Shown here one piece after another: positions 28,489 to 36,843 of a stretch of 64,000 nt of DNA. The stretch is from Nitrospirota bacterium. GTDB lineage: Bacteria; Nitrospirota; JACRHJ01. The notes beneath the pieces were generated by a model. The model searched no databases and had not been told where the DNA came from. It saw only the letters and a program-made list of their open reading frames with translations. Position 1 is the stretch's first letter. The number at the start of each line of letters is the position of its first letter. The translations under genes and the position numbers were made by a program. The stretch lies in assembly GCA_027328825.1 (NCBI GenBank), contig DAHWTK010000001.1, forward strand, positions 16,703 to 80,702. The letters are read 5' to 3'.

Positions 28489-28881
28489 CTATACGGCTAC
28501 CGTTTGTATTTCCGAGAATATTCTCTCTATGAGGTTGTGCAGTTCCGCGGGCTGAAAAGGCTTTTTGACATATCCCTTGGCGCCGAGCGTCAGACCGCGG
28601 AGAGTGTCTTCCTCCTTGCCCTCGGTGCTCACTATGATTATGGGCGGGGCCTTGAAGTCCGTCTCTTTGCTTAAGGCCTCAAGGAACTGAAGGCCGTTCA
28701 TTACCGGCATATTTATATCCAGGAGGATAAGCTCTATGCCTTCTTCCTGGGAAAGCTTGTCCAGGGCCTCAAGCCCGTTCATGGCCGCGATAAGCCTGCA
28801 GTCCTTGTAGCGCATGAATACCAGTTTATACATCTGGTGCAGCAGGCTTGAATCGTCCACTATAAGAATTTTCTTGAGCAT
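28489..28881 (-). CDS. cheY: CheY-like response regulator
   Basis: 130-aa single receiver domain (ILIVDDS..., LLDINMP, K near the C-terminus). Confidence 0.85.
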   Translation of the reverse strand: MLKKILIVDDSSLLHQMYKLVFMRYKDCRLIAAMNGLEALDKLSQEEGIELILLDINMPVMNGLQFLEALSKETDFKAPPIIIVSTEGKEEDTLRGLTLGAKGYVKKPFQPAELHNLIERIFSEIQTVAV

Positions 28882-28892
28882 CTTAGTTCCCC

Positions 28893-29291
28893 CTATGCCG
28901 CGGAAGCCGGGCCCGGAACCGGAATCCCAAGCCGGTTCACCATCATAAGCAGGTGGTCAATATCCACCGGTTTTTCATAGTAGTAATAAGCTCCCCGTTT
29001 GAACGCTTCCTCCTTTATTTCCGGAGAACCGTAAGCGGTCATGATTATTACCGCCGTCACCGGGTTCAATCCTTTCACGTATTGCAATAACTCAAGACCT
29101 TCAATGCCGTACATGCCGCTCATCCGGATATCCGCTATCACCAGGTCAAATGAATATCTGGCCAGCGCTTCCTCTGCGGCCTCTATCTTTGAGCAGGTTA
29201 TAACCTCGACTCCGTCAGCCTTCAGGCAATATGAAAGGCTCAGAAGTATGGTAGGTTCATCATCCACGATAAGAATTCTTTTCATCATCAT
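28893..29291 (-). CDS. single-domain response regulator (receiver)
   Basis: 132-aa receiver domain ILIVDDEPT..., ADIRMSG. Confidence 0.8.
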   Translation of the reverse strand: MMMKRILIVDDEPTILLSLSYCLKADGVEVITCSKIEAAEEALARYSFDLVIADIRMSGMYGIEGLELLQYVKGLNPVTAVIIMTAYGSPEIKEEAFKRGAYYYYEKPVDIDHLLMMVNRLGIPVPGPASAA

Positions 29292-29331
29292 GCACCCCTT
29301 GTATGTAAAATCTATTACCGCCCAAGATATA

Positions 29332-29347
29332 GCAACAAGAATGCCAC
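29332..29347 (-). promoter_or_regulatory. sigma-54 promoter TGGCAT-N5-TTGCT about 40 nt upstream of the REC/cheY/cheA operon start
   Basis: minus-strand ggTGGCATtcttgTTGCT, exact -24 GG / -12 GC spacing. Confidence 0.55.
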
Positions 29348-29421
29348 CTGAAATAGCGCAATAAAATCAGGAGGTTGCCTGCAAATTTTATTATTGGAAT
29401 TTTAGGGTGTGCGAAAATTAT

Positions 29422-29440
29422 ACAATACAGGTTGTATTGT
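29422..29440. promoter_or_regulatory. palindrome ACAATACA-ggt-TGTATTGT, candidate enhancer (UAS) about 80 bp upstream of the sigma-54 promoter
   Basis: read directly; lies between ntrC-like stop and the -24/-12 element. Confidence 0.4.
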
Positions 29441-29444
29441 TTTG

Positions 29445-30800
29445 CTACAGGAGGTCGTACTTTTTCAGCTTGTTTATCAGCGTGGAGCGGCTTACACCCA
29501 GGAGTCGGGCGGCAAGGCTCTGGTTTCCGCGAGAGAAATCAATAGTCTTTTTTATATGGTCTTTTTCCAGCCTATCGAGCGAACACGGGGCTGAAGGATT
29601 GTTTTGCTGCCCACTCTGGCCCATTTGCGCCTTCTTTTCGAGCAGTTCTCTGGGCAGATGTTCGGGGGTTATGGCCGGTCCTTGCGACAGTATAACGGCG
29701 CGCTCAATAACGTTCCTAAGCTCTCTTATGTTGCCCGGCCACGAGTAGGCGAGCAGGTAGCCTTCGCAATCTTCCGAGATTTCGGTTATATTCTTTTTAA
29801 TCGCCGCGCTTTGCGAGAGAAAATACTTAGCCAGGTCGAGAACGTCGTTCTCCCTTGCCCTGAGCGGCGGCATATGCACAGGCATGACGCATAGCCTGTA
29901 GTAGAGATCTTCCCGGAAGTTTTTCCGGTTATCCGGGTCGGACAGCTCTTTGTTGGTTGCGGCCATTATTCGGACGTCCACCTTTATGTCCCTCGTCCCG
30001 CCTACTCTCCGGAATGTCTTGGTCTCTATTACCCTTAGAAGCTTCGGCTGAAGATTCATCGACAGTTCGGCTATCTCGTCCAGGAATACCGTCCCGCCGT
30101 CGGCTACTTCCAGAAGCCCCTTTTTCATTTCCTTCGCGTCGGTATAAGCGCCTCTTTCGTGCCCGAAAAGCTCGGATTCAAGAAGATGCTCCGACAACGA
30201 TGCACAGTTAATGTCCAGGAAAGGTTTGTCCTTCCTTGCGCTCAAGCCGTGAATGGTCCTTGCCGCAAGCTCCTTGCCGGTGCCGGATTCGCCGGTAATC
30301 ATTACCGTGGTATCCGGGTTTTCCGCGAGCAGTCCTATTATGAGCAGTATCTTATGAATTTCTCTGGAACTTCCTATAATACCAGCATGAGAGCCGCCAT
30401 GCCTCATTTTCAGGACCAGATTTTCCTTCTTGAGACCCTGCGTTTCCAACGCCCGTTCAACCGCTATCTCCAGGGCGTCGATGTCCACCGGTTTGGTAAG
30501 ATAATCATAGGCCCCTTTCCGTATGGCCTGCACAGCATCGGGCAGATTGGCATAGCCCGTGAGCATTATGACCATGATGTCGGGCTGTTCGGCTTTTATC
30601 ATTTCAAGCGCCTGAAGCCCGGTTCCGTCCGGAAGCCTGTTGTCCAGAATGACCAGGTCTGGCCTGAGCGTCCATGCCAGCTTAAGTCCCTCCGCTATAG
30701 TTGCGCCGGCCGATACGGAAAATCCTTTCCCGGTAAACAGGTAGCTTAGGGATTTGCGTATAGTCTCTTCGTCGTCTATTATCAATACCGAATGCGGCAT
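29445..30800 (-). CDS. sigma-54-dependent response regulator (NtrC family: REC-AAA+-HTH)
   Basis: 451 aa; Walker A GESGTGKE, GAYTDA (GAFTGA variant) sigma-54 contact loop, C-terminal Fis-type HTH; start immediately follows the kinase stop. Confidence 0.9.
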   Translation of the reverse strand: MPHSVLIIDDEETIRKSLSYLFTGKGFSVSAGATIAEGLKLAWTLRPDLVILDNRLPDGTGLQALEMIKAEQPDIMVIMLTGYANLPDAVQAIRKGAYDYLTKPVDIDALEIAVERALETQGLKKENLVLKMRHGGSHAGIIGSSREIHKILLIIGLLAENPDTTVMITGESGTGKELAARTIHGLSARKDKPFLDINCASLSEHLLESELFGHERGAYTDAKEMKKGLLEVADGGTVFLDEIAELSMNLQPKLLRVIETKTFRRVGGTRDIKVDVRIMAATNKELSDPDNRKNFREDLYYRLCVMPVHMPPLRARENDVLDLAKYFLSQSAAIKKNITEISEDCEGYLLAYSWPGNIRELRNVIERAVILSQGPAITPEHLPRELLEKKAQMGQSGQQNNPSAPCSLDRLEKDHIKKTIDFSRGNQSLAARLLGVSRSTLINKLKKYDLL

Positions 30801-32540
30801 TTAAGTCCTTTCTGGTGTTACGGGGATATATGGTATGTCTATATTGACGCTCGTGCCCTGGCCCAAGAGGCTTTTTACTGCAATCGTTCCGCCGTGGTCT
30901 TCGATTATCTTGCGGCAGATGGCGAGTCCGATGCCGGTCCCCTTTTCCTTGGTGGTAAAGAAAAGGTCAAATACTTTAGGCAGGTCCGCCTCCGGTATGC
31001 CTGCACCCTGGTCCGATATTGCTATTTTGATTGTATCGTCCGACCGGCTCGCTGAAATTCCCATTCTGCCGCCCTCATGTGAGGCGTCTATTGCGTTTAT
31101 CAGGAGATTCAGGAAAACCTGCCGTATCTGATTAAGATCAATCATAGCCATTTCTATGCCGGAACACTTTCTTACTACATTGAGACTTTTTTCGCTGATT
31201 GCAACAAAATGAAATTCCAGGACGTTTTCTATAAGCGAACATATATCGACGGGCTGTCTATGCAGTTTTACTGTCCGGTTATACAGAAGCATATCTTCTA
31301 CAAGCCGGTTCAGCCTGCTTGTCTCCGAGAGCATGGCCTGCACTAGCGGCCTGATAGGATTTTCGTCACTCGTTTCCCTTGCTATTATCTGTGCGACCGA
31401 GGTAATGCCGAAAAGCGGGTTTCTTATCTCGTGTGCGACGCCGGCCGCGACCTTCCCGACCGCCGCAAACCGCTCCTTCTCACGGAGATCGTCCTGGAGT
31501 TTTTTTATCTCGCTCAAATCCCTGAACACAATAATAAAACCTTCCGGATTCCCGTCCCTGGAAATAAGATGGTTGTTGTTGAAACCTACCGGGACGGCTC
31601 CTCTTGGCGTAAGAATTTCCACCTCGTCGCCTATTATCCGCGGCTTGACCTCCAGCATACCAGCCGCCTCCGGATAAATGAGCGTTATGTCCTTCCCGAT
31701 TATTGCCTCGCGGTCGCACCCCAATATCTCAGATCCGGAGATGTTTATCATTTTTACCTTGCCAGTCAGATCGGTAACGAGGAGCCCTGCGGCCATATTG
31801 AAGATGATACTGTCAAGCAGATGCTCGTTTTTCTTTATTTTCCCCATGTTTTTTATATTGCTCATAAGACTTGCGGCGGAGTTGGCAAAAAGGTTCAGGG
31901 AGTTCAGATCATCCTGGGTTATGGGCTTTTTACTCACATGGTTGTCGGCGCATATAAGGCCGAAATTCCTTCCCATCGTATTCGTCTTGTATATCGGGCA
32001 GTTTCCGCAAATATCCATCCGGGAAAGCATGTTGTCGCTGCCGCGCAGCATTCTACAGCTATTTTCTATAACCCAGCAGGACAGAAGGGGACTGTTTCTT
32101 GACGGGCAATTCTCGTCATTGCATCCAAAATATTTCCAGCATATCAGTTGACGATTTTCCGGATTATATGTTACCAACGGAGCTACGGCTATCTCTGCGC
32201 CGCCGGAGCGCCCTTTTATTATTCCGCAAAGTGGCTTCGATGTTGTAAAAGCCTCGCTCTTGTCGAGTTTGAGTGCTTCGAGCCCGGACACCTCCAACGG
32301 AGTCGACAGTTCTTCGCCTGCCGTGCTATGACATGCAGCGAGACGGCGGGTACCATCGCTATCGTCTATAAGCCACAGACATACCCTGTCGAACCCTATG
32401 GCCTCCGCCACTGCCCAGACTGCTATATTGGCCGCCTCCTGCAAGTCGCCTGAAACTCTTACGCGGTTGGAAAACCAGTTAAGAATAAATAGCTGGTTCA
32501 GTTTTTTTTCGTATAAATCACCTGTCGATTTGAATGTCAA
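30801..32540 (-). CDS. sensor histidine kinase (GAF - 7-Cys module - PAS - HisKA - HATPase), cytoplasmic
   Basis: 579 aa, no TM segments; H-box HEIRNPLFGI; G-boxes; Cys module at aa 134-185; TTG start with GGAG RBS. Confidence 0.85.
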   Translation of the reverse strand: MTFKSTGDLYEKKLNQLFILNWFSNRVRVSGDLQEAANIAVWAVAEAIGFDRVCLWLIDDSDGTRRLAACHSTAGEELSTPLEVSGLEALKLDKSEAFTTSKPLCGIIKGRSGGAEIAVAPLVTYNPENRQLICWKYFGCNDENCPSRNSPLLSCWVIENSCRMLRGSDNMLSRMDICGNCPIYKTNTMGRNFGLICADNHVSKKPITQDDLNSLNLFANSAASLMSNIKNMGKIKKNEHLLDSIIFNMAAGLLVTDLTGKVKMINISGSEILGCDREAIIGKDITLIYPEAAGMLEVKPRIIGDEVEILTPRGAVPVGFNNNHLISRDGNPEGFIIVFRDLSEIKKLQDDLREKERFAAVGKVAAGVAHEIRNPLFGITSVAQIIARETSDENPIRPLVQAMLSETSRLNRLVEDMLLYNRTVKLHRQPVDICSLIENVLEFHFVAISEKSLNVVRKCSGIEMAMIDLNQIRQVFLNLLINAIDASHEGGRMGISASRSDDTIKIAISDQGAGIPEADLPKVFDLFFTTKEKGTGIGLAICRKIIEDHGGTIAVKSLLGQGTSVNIDIPYIPVTPERT

Positions 32541-32639
32541 ATTACACTCCTTATAAAAATTATGCCTGTAAAAATAAGTTATTAATCAAATACTAATAGA
32601 TGTTTAATAATACCTTGTTGTATTATCATTAATTTAGTA

Positions 32640-32657
32640 AGCAATAAATATGCCAAT
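32640..32657 (-). promoter_or_regulatory. sigma-54 promoter TGGCAT-N5-TTGCT about 100 nt upstream of the histidine kinase
   Basis: minus-strand atTGGCATatttaTTGCT; identical hexamers and spacing to the 29332 element. Confidence 0.55.
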
Positions 32658-32765
32658 ATGAGCGCGCCGAAAAACCGTGGCAATAATATCAGATCTGGCC
32701 TTTACGAATGGGTGGCAGAACAAAGTGTAATATATTAAGGTCGCCCGATTGGGAAAGTTCGTTCT

Positions 32766-32803
32766 CAGTAGATTCTACTGCTAATAGTGACAACTTATTG
32801 TCA
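32766..32803. promoter_or_regulatory. two palindromes (CAGTAGA-t-TCTACTG and TGACAA-cttat-TTGTCA), candidate enhancer sites for the upstream sigma-54 promoter
   Basis: read directly, 110-160 nt upstream of the -24/-12 element. Confidence 0.3.
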
Positions 32804-32820
32804 AAACTGAATTATTAAGA

Positions 32821-32935
32821 AAAAACAAAGATTTCCCAGGCGGTATCGGGAATGGCGCAAAAAATACGCGAAAACGGGCTGTTTTGTGCAAAAATAGGGC
32901 GCGGGGAGAATTAAAAAATATTGATTAAAATCACG
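32821..32935 (+). promoter_or_regulatory. about 115-nt segment homologous to 15811-15925, ending in a TTGATT-N17-TAAATT promoter for tRNA-Leu
   Basis: GGCGGTATCGGGAA...TTTTGTGCAAAAA...GCGGGGAG...TTGATT; the -10 element lies about 18 nt before the tRNA 5' end. Confidence 0.5.
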
Positions 32936-32966
32936 GGCTATGATAAATTTACAGATTCAAAGTTTC

Positions 32967-33049
32967 GCGAGAGTGGCGGAACTGGCAGACGCGCCGGACT
33001 TAGGATCCGGTGGGCAACCATGGGGGTTCAAGTCCCCCCTCTCGCACCA
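32967..33049 (+). tRNA. tRNA-Leu (anticodon TAG), CCA encoded
   Basis: acceptor stem GCGAGAG/CTCTCGC, anticodon stem CCGGA/TCCGG with loop CTTAGGA, long variable arm, T-arm GGGGG-TTCAAGT-CCCCC, discriminator A, CCA. Confidence 0.85.
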
Positions 33050-33352
33050 TTTGATAAGCCTCGGGAAAACCTGATTGAATCGTATGCCAACCTGAATAAT
33101 CATCCCGGCATGCAACAGATTGGCGACGGGACACAAAAGGTTTTTTATTCTCCGTTATGCCATCCTTTAGTTGACAATCTCGGAATTTACCCTTGACACT
33201 TTCAGTGTAATCATGGGATATTATATATTTAACAAAAAAAGGGCTATCTTTTGACTCCTGCCGGGCTTGCAACCTAATCAGGTCAGGAACGTTTTCCCAA
33301 CTTATTGGAATTGAAGTAAAATCCGCATGTAACTTAAGGAGACCATGGCCAG

Positions 33353-34645
33353 ATGAAATTCGAGATTGAAGAACTCGCAAAGACCAGAAAACGCCTCAAG
33401 GTAGAGATATCCGCCGAGGACATAAACACCGCGCTTAACAAGGCGTATGCGGAACTGAACAAGTCCGTGAAAATAGAAGGTTTTCGCCCCGGACATGCCC
33501 CCAGGGGAATCCTCGAGAAAAAATATGGCAAGAGCGTCGAGGCGGACGTCATAGAGAGGATAATACCGGTAAATTACTTACAGGCCGTCCGGGAGTCCGG
33601 CATCGTTCCTGTTGACGAGCCGAAGTTTTCTGAAAACGATTTCAGGATAAAAAAGGGAGAGCCGCTTTCCTTTACCGCGGAGGTGGAGGTCAGGCCGGAT
33701 ATTTCCTTGAATTATAGCGACATAGAAGTCCCGGAGGAGGAGCTTTCCGTCTCGGACGAGGAACTTTCCTCGGCCCTTGAGGAGTTGCGGGACGTAAATT
33801 CCACCCTCGAAGCGGTGGCTGAGGACCGTCCTGCCGCAGAGGGAGATTTCGCCGTAATAGATTTTGAAGGGTTCATAAACGGGGCTCCCATACCGGGTGG
33901 AAAGGCCGAAAACTACCCCTTGAACCTGGGTTCCGGGAGCTTCATTCCGGGCTTCGAGGAGCAGGCGACGGGGATGAAAAAGGGGGAGGAAAAGGAAATT
34001 ACCGTAACGTTTCCCGAGAGTTATAAAAGTGCAGACCTCGCCGGGAAGGAAGCGGTCTTCAAGATAGCCCTGAAGGACATAAAAAAGAAAATCCTCCCTG
34101 AGCTCGACGATGAATTCGCTAAGGACACAAGGATTGCCGAAAGCCTGGAGGAAATGAAGTCAAAGGTGCGCGAAGACATTCTTGGCATAAAACGCCGAAA
34201 CCAGGCCGAGAGGCAAAAAGACAGGATAATGGAGGAACTCGGGAAGCGGCACGACTTCGAACTGCCCCAGTCCCTGGTGGACAGGGAGACAGGCTCCCTG
34301 AAGGCAAAGAAGCGCCGGGAACTTATGTCTTCGGGCCTCAAGCCGGAGGAAGCCGGGGCCGAGATGAAGCGATTCGAAGAGGAGGCCGTGAAAATGGCCT
34401 CCGAGAGGGTGAAGGTGTCCCTGGTCCTTGCCGCAATATCGGACAGGGAAGGCGTCCGGGTTTCGGACCAGGAACTCGATTTGGGCATACAGCGCCTGGC
34501 GGCCCAGACGGGGCATAACCCCAGGGATTTAAAAGAGCTTTATATGCGGCGGGAAGGCGGCATGGAAGCCCTGCGCGGTATGCTTGGGGAAGATAAAACG
34601 CTTGAGCTCGTGCTCTCGCAGGCAAAAAGGGTCAAGGCCGCCTGA
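33353..34645 (+). CDS. tig: trigger factor
   Basis: 430 aa; N-terminal ribosome-binding domain with GFRPGHAPR signature, FKBP-type PPIase middle, C-terminal arm. Confidence 0.9.
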   Translation: MKFEIEELAKTRKRLKVEISAEDINTALNKAYAELNKSVKIEGFRPGHAPRGILEKKYGKSVEADVIERIIPVNYLQAVRESGIVPVDEPKFSENDFRIKKGEPLSFTAEVEVRPDISLNYSDIEVPEEELSVSDEELSSALEELRDVNSTLEAVAEDRPAAEGDFAVIDFEGFINGAPIPGGKAENYPLNLGSGSFIPGFEEQATGMKKGEEKEITVTFPESYKSADLAGKEAVFKIALKDIKKKILPELDDEFAKDTRIAESLEEMKSKVREDILGIKRRNQAERQKDRIMEELGKRHDFELPQSLVDRETGSLKAKKRRELMSSGLKPEEAGAEMKRFEEEAVKMASERVKVSLVLAAISDREGVRVSDQELDLGIQRLAAQTGHNPRDLKELYMRREGGMEALRGMLGEDKTLELVLSQAKRVKAA

Positions 34646-34771
34646 AAATTTACCAAAAATCCTTTTTTAAGGTAAAATTAAATCAGGCAATCGTTGCTTT
34701 TATGCGGTATTTGGTTTAAAATACATTAGGAATTATTTCCAATAATAAAAATCGCATTCCCGGAGGGTTTA

Positions 34772-35371
34772 ATGCTCATCCCGTATGTCATAGAGCAGAC
34801 CGCGCGTGGCGAAAGGGCCTACGATATTTACTCCCGTCTGCTCAAGGACAGGATTATATTCCTTGGGACAGCAATCGACGACGAAGTCGCCAACGCCGTG
34901 ATAGCCCAGCTGCTTTTCCTCGAGGCCGACGACCCGGACAAGGAAATCCATCTGTATATAAACAGCCCCGGCGGGGTGGTAACAGCCGGGCTTGCGATAT
35001 TCGACACGATGAATTACGTCCGCGCCCCGGTATCCACGATATGCCTGGGTCAGGCCGCCAGCATGGGCGCGCTTCTTCTTGCCGCGGGCGAGAAGGGCAG
35101 AAGGTTCAGCCTGCCGAATTCGCGTATTATGATACATCAGCCATCGGCGGGTTTCCAGGGCCAGGCGACGGACATAGACATCCACGCAAGAGAGATACTC
35201 AGGATGAAGGAGGCCCTGAACCAGATACTAGCCAGGGCTACCGGCCAGGACATCGGAAAAATCGCTATAGACACGGACCGGGATTTCTTTATGAGCGGTA
35301 TGCAGGCTAAGGAGTATGGCCTTATCGACGCCGTAATCGAGAGACTGCCCGAAGGGCCGGGAAAATTGTAA
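34772..35371 (+). CDS. clpP: ATP-dependent Clp protease proteolytic subunit
   Basis: 199 aa; [11 protein letters not shown] (Ser) and MIHQPS (His) catalytic motifs. Confidence 0.95.
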   Translation: MLIPYVIEQTARGERAYDIYSRLLKDRIIFLGTAIDDEVANAVIAQLLFLEADDPDKEIHLYINSPGGVVTAGLAIFDTMNYVRAPVSTICLGQAASMGALLLAAGEKGRRFSLPNSRIMIHQPSAGFQGQATDIDIHAREILRMKEALNQILARATGQDIGKIAIDTDRDFFMSGMQAKEYGLIDAVIERLPEGPGKL

Positions 35372-35382
35372 ATACATTTGAT

Positions 35383-35424
35383 TCCTTCTCCCTCTCCTCT
35401 CGCTTAGGAGGGCCAGGGAGAGGG
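35383..35424. repeat. REP-like hairpin CCCTCTCC...GGGAGAGGG in clpP-clpX spacer
   Basis: ccttctccctctcctctcgcttaggagggccagggagaggg; same arm sequence as 7821-7854. Confidence 0.55.
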
Positions 35425-35474
35425 TAAATTATAGCGGCGCCAGCAATAATCTGTAGCAGGAGGTTTTTTACGGT

Positions 35475-36731
35475 ATGGAGAAGAAAACGGATAACGACAA
35501 GGCTATCCATCATTGTTCGTTTTGCGGGAAAAGCCAGGACGAGGTCAGGAAGCTTATAGCCGGCCCCACAGTCTTTATCTGCGACGAGTGCATAGAGCTT
35601 TGCAACGACATTGTTGCGGAGGAGTGGGACGAGGAACGCGCCGCGGGTCAGCCGAAACTCCCGAAGCCCGCGGAGATAAAGCGGTTCCTGGACGAATACG
35701 TCATAGGCCAGGAAAGGGCCAAGAAGATTCTTTCCGTCGCCGTGCATAACCACTACAAGCGCATATCCACACCCGTGACGGAGCTGGACGACGTGGAGCT
35801 CCAGAAGTCCAACATCCTGCTTATAGGCCCGACAGGCGTGGGCAAGACGCTTCTCGCCCAGACGCTGGCCCGGATGCTCGACGTGCCGTTCACCATAGCG
35901 GACGCTACCACCCTCACGGAGGCGGGCTATGTCGGCGAGGACGTCGAGAATATTGTCCTTAAGCTCCTTCAGGCGGCGGATTACGATGCCGAGCGCGCTC
36001 AGAGAGGCATAATCTACATCGACGAGATAGACAAGATCTCCCGGAAGTCGGAGAACCCGTCCATTACCCGCGACGTCTCCGGCGAAGGAGTCCAGCAGGC
36101 GCTTCTGAAGATTATCGAAGGCACGGTGGCCTCCGTACCGCCGCAGGGCGGCAGGAAACACCCGCACCAGGAGTTCATACAGGTCGATACCTCGAACATT
36201 CTCTTCATCTGCGGCGGCGCGTTCGTGGGGCTCGACAAGATAATCGAGCACCGGGGCGGCGAGAAGGTCATGGGCTTCGGCGCGGAGGTGCATTCTAAAA
36301 AAGAGAGAAAAATCGGCGAGATACTGGCGCAGGTGCAGCCGGAAGACCTGCTGAAGTTCGGCATGATACCGGAGTTCATAGGCAGGGTGCCGGTCATAGC
36401 CACACTCGTGGAGCTTGACGAAGAGGCCCTGGTAGCCATCCTCACAGAACCCAAGAACTCGCTCATAAAGCAGTATCAGAAGCTTATGACGATGGAGGGC
36501 GTGAAACTCCGTTTCACGGACGGCGCGATGAAGGCAATCGCCAAGAAGGCCGTCCAGAGAAAGACCGGCGCGAGGGGCCTTCGGGCGATACTCGAAGAGG
36601 TCATGCTCGACCTCATGTACGATGTGCCATCCCAGCAGAATGTAAAGGAAGTCGTGATAAACGAGGAGGTAATCAACAGCCGCGAGCCGGCGATTCTCCT
36701 CTACGAAAAAGAGGAAAAAGAGGCCTCCTGA
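35475..36731 (+). CDS. clpX: ATP-dependent Clp protease ATP-binding subunit ClpX
   Basis: N-terminal C4 zinc finger CSFCGK...CDEC; Walker A GPTGVGKT; IYIDEIDK Walker B. Confidence 0.95.
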   Translation: MEKKTDNDKAIHHCSFCGKSQDEVRKLIAGPTVFICDECIELCNDIVAEEWDEERAAGQPKLPKPAEIKRFLDEYVIGQERAKKILSVAVHNHYKRISTPVTELDDVELQKSNILLIGPTGVGKTLLAQTLARMLDVPFTIADATTLTEAGYVGEDVENIVLKLLQAADYDAERAQRGIIYIDEIDKISRKSENPSITRDVSGEGVQQALLKIIEGTVASVPPQGGRKHPHQEFIQVDTSNILFICGGAFVGLDKIIEHRGGEKVMGFGAEVHSKKERKIGEILAQVQPEDLLKFGMIPEFIGRVPVIATLVELDEEALVAILTEPKNSLIKQYQKLMTMEGVKLRFTDGAMKAIAKKAVQRKTGARGLRAILEEVMLDLMYDVPSQQNVKEVVINEEVINSREPAILLYEKEEKEAS

Positions 36732-36785
36732 GGCCAATCCGCGAGGGGCATTTCATGGCCCCGGCCAGCCGTTATCACTCAAAAC

Positions 36786-36817
36786 AAAACCCCGCCTTTT
36801 TCAGGCGGGGTTTTTTG
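36786..36817. terminator. bidirectional rho-independent terminator shared by clpX (+) and hcp (-)
   Basis: AAAACCCCGCC-tttttca-GGCGGGGTTTTTT: GC stem flanked by A-run and T-run. Confidence 0.8.
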
Positions 36818-36843
36818 TCTGCCGGTAAACAATGGCGACAGGC

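Noticed and set aside
15800-33060. Genomic island integrated at tRNA-Leu
   Set aside because: The tRNA is at the right-hand edge of the interval. However, the duplicated sequence is the region upstream of the tRNA, not its 3' end. There is no integrase, transposase or phage gene, and the GC content of the che genes is genome-typical. I kept it as a low-confidence rearrangement hypothesis under the homologous-segment finding.
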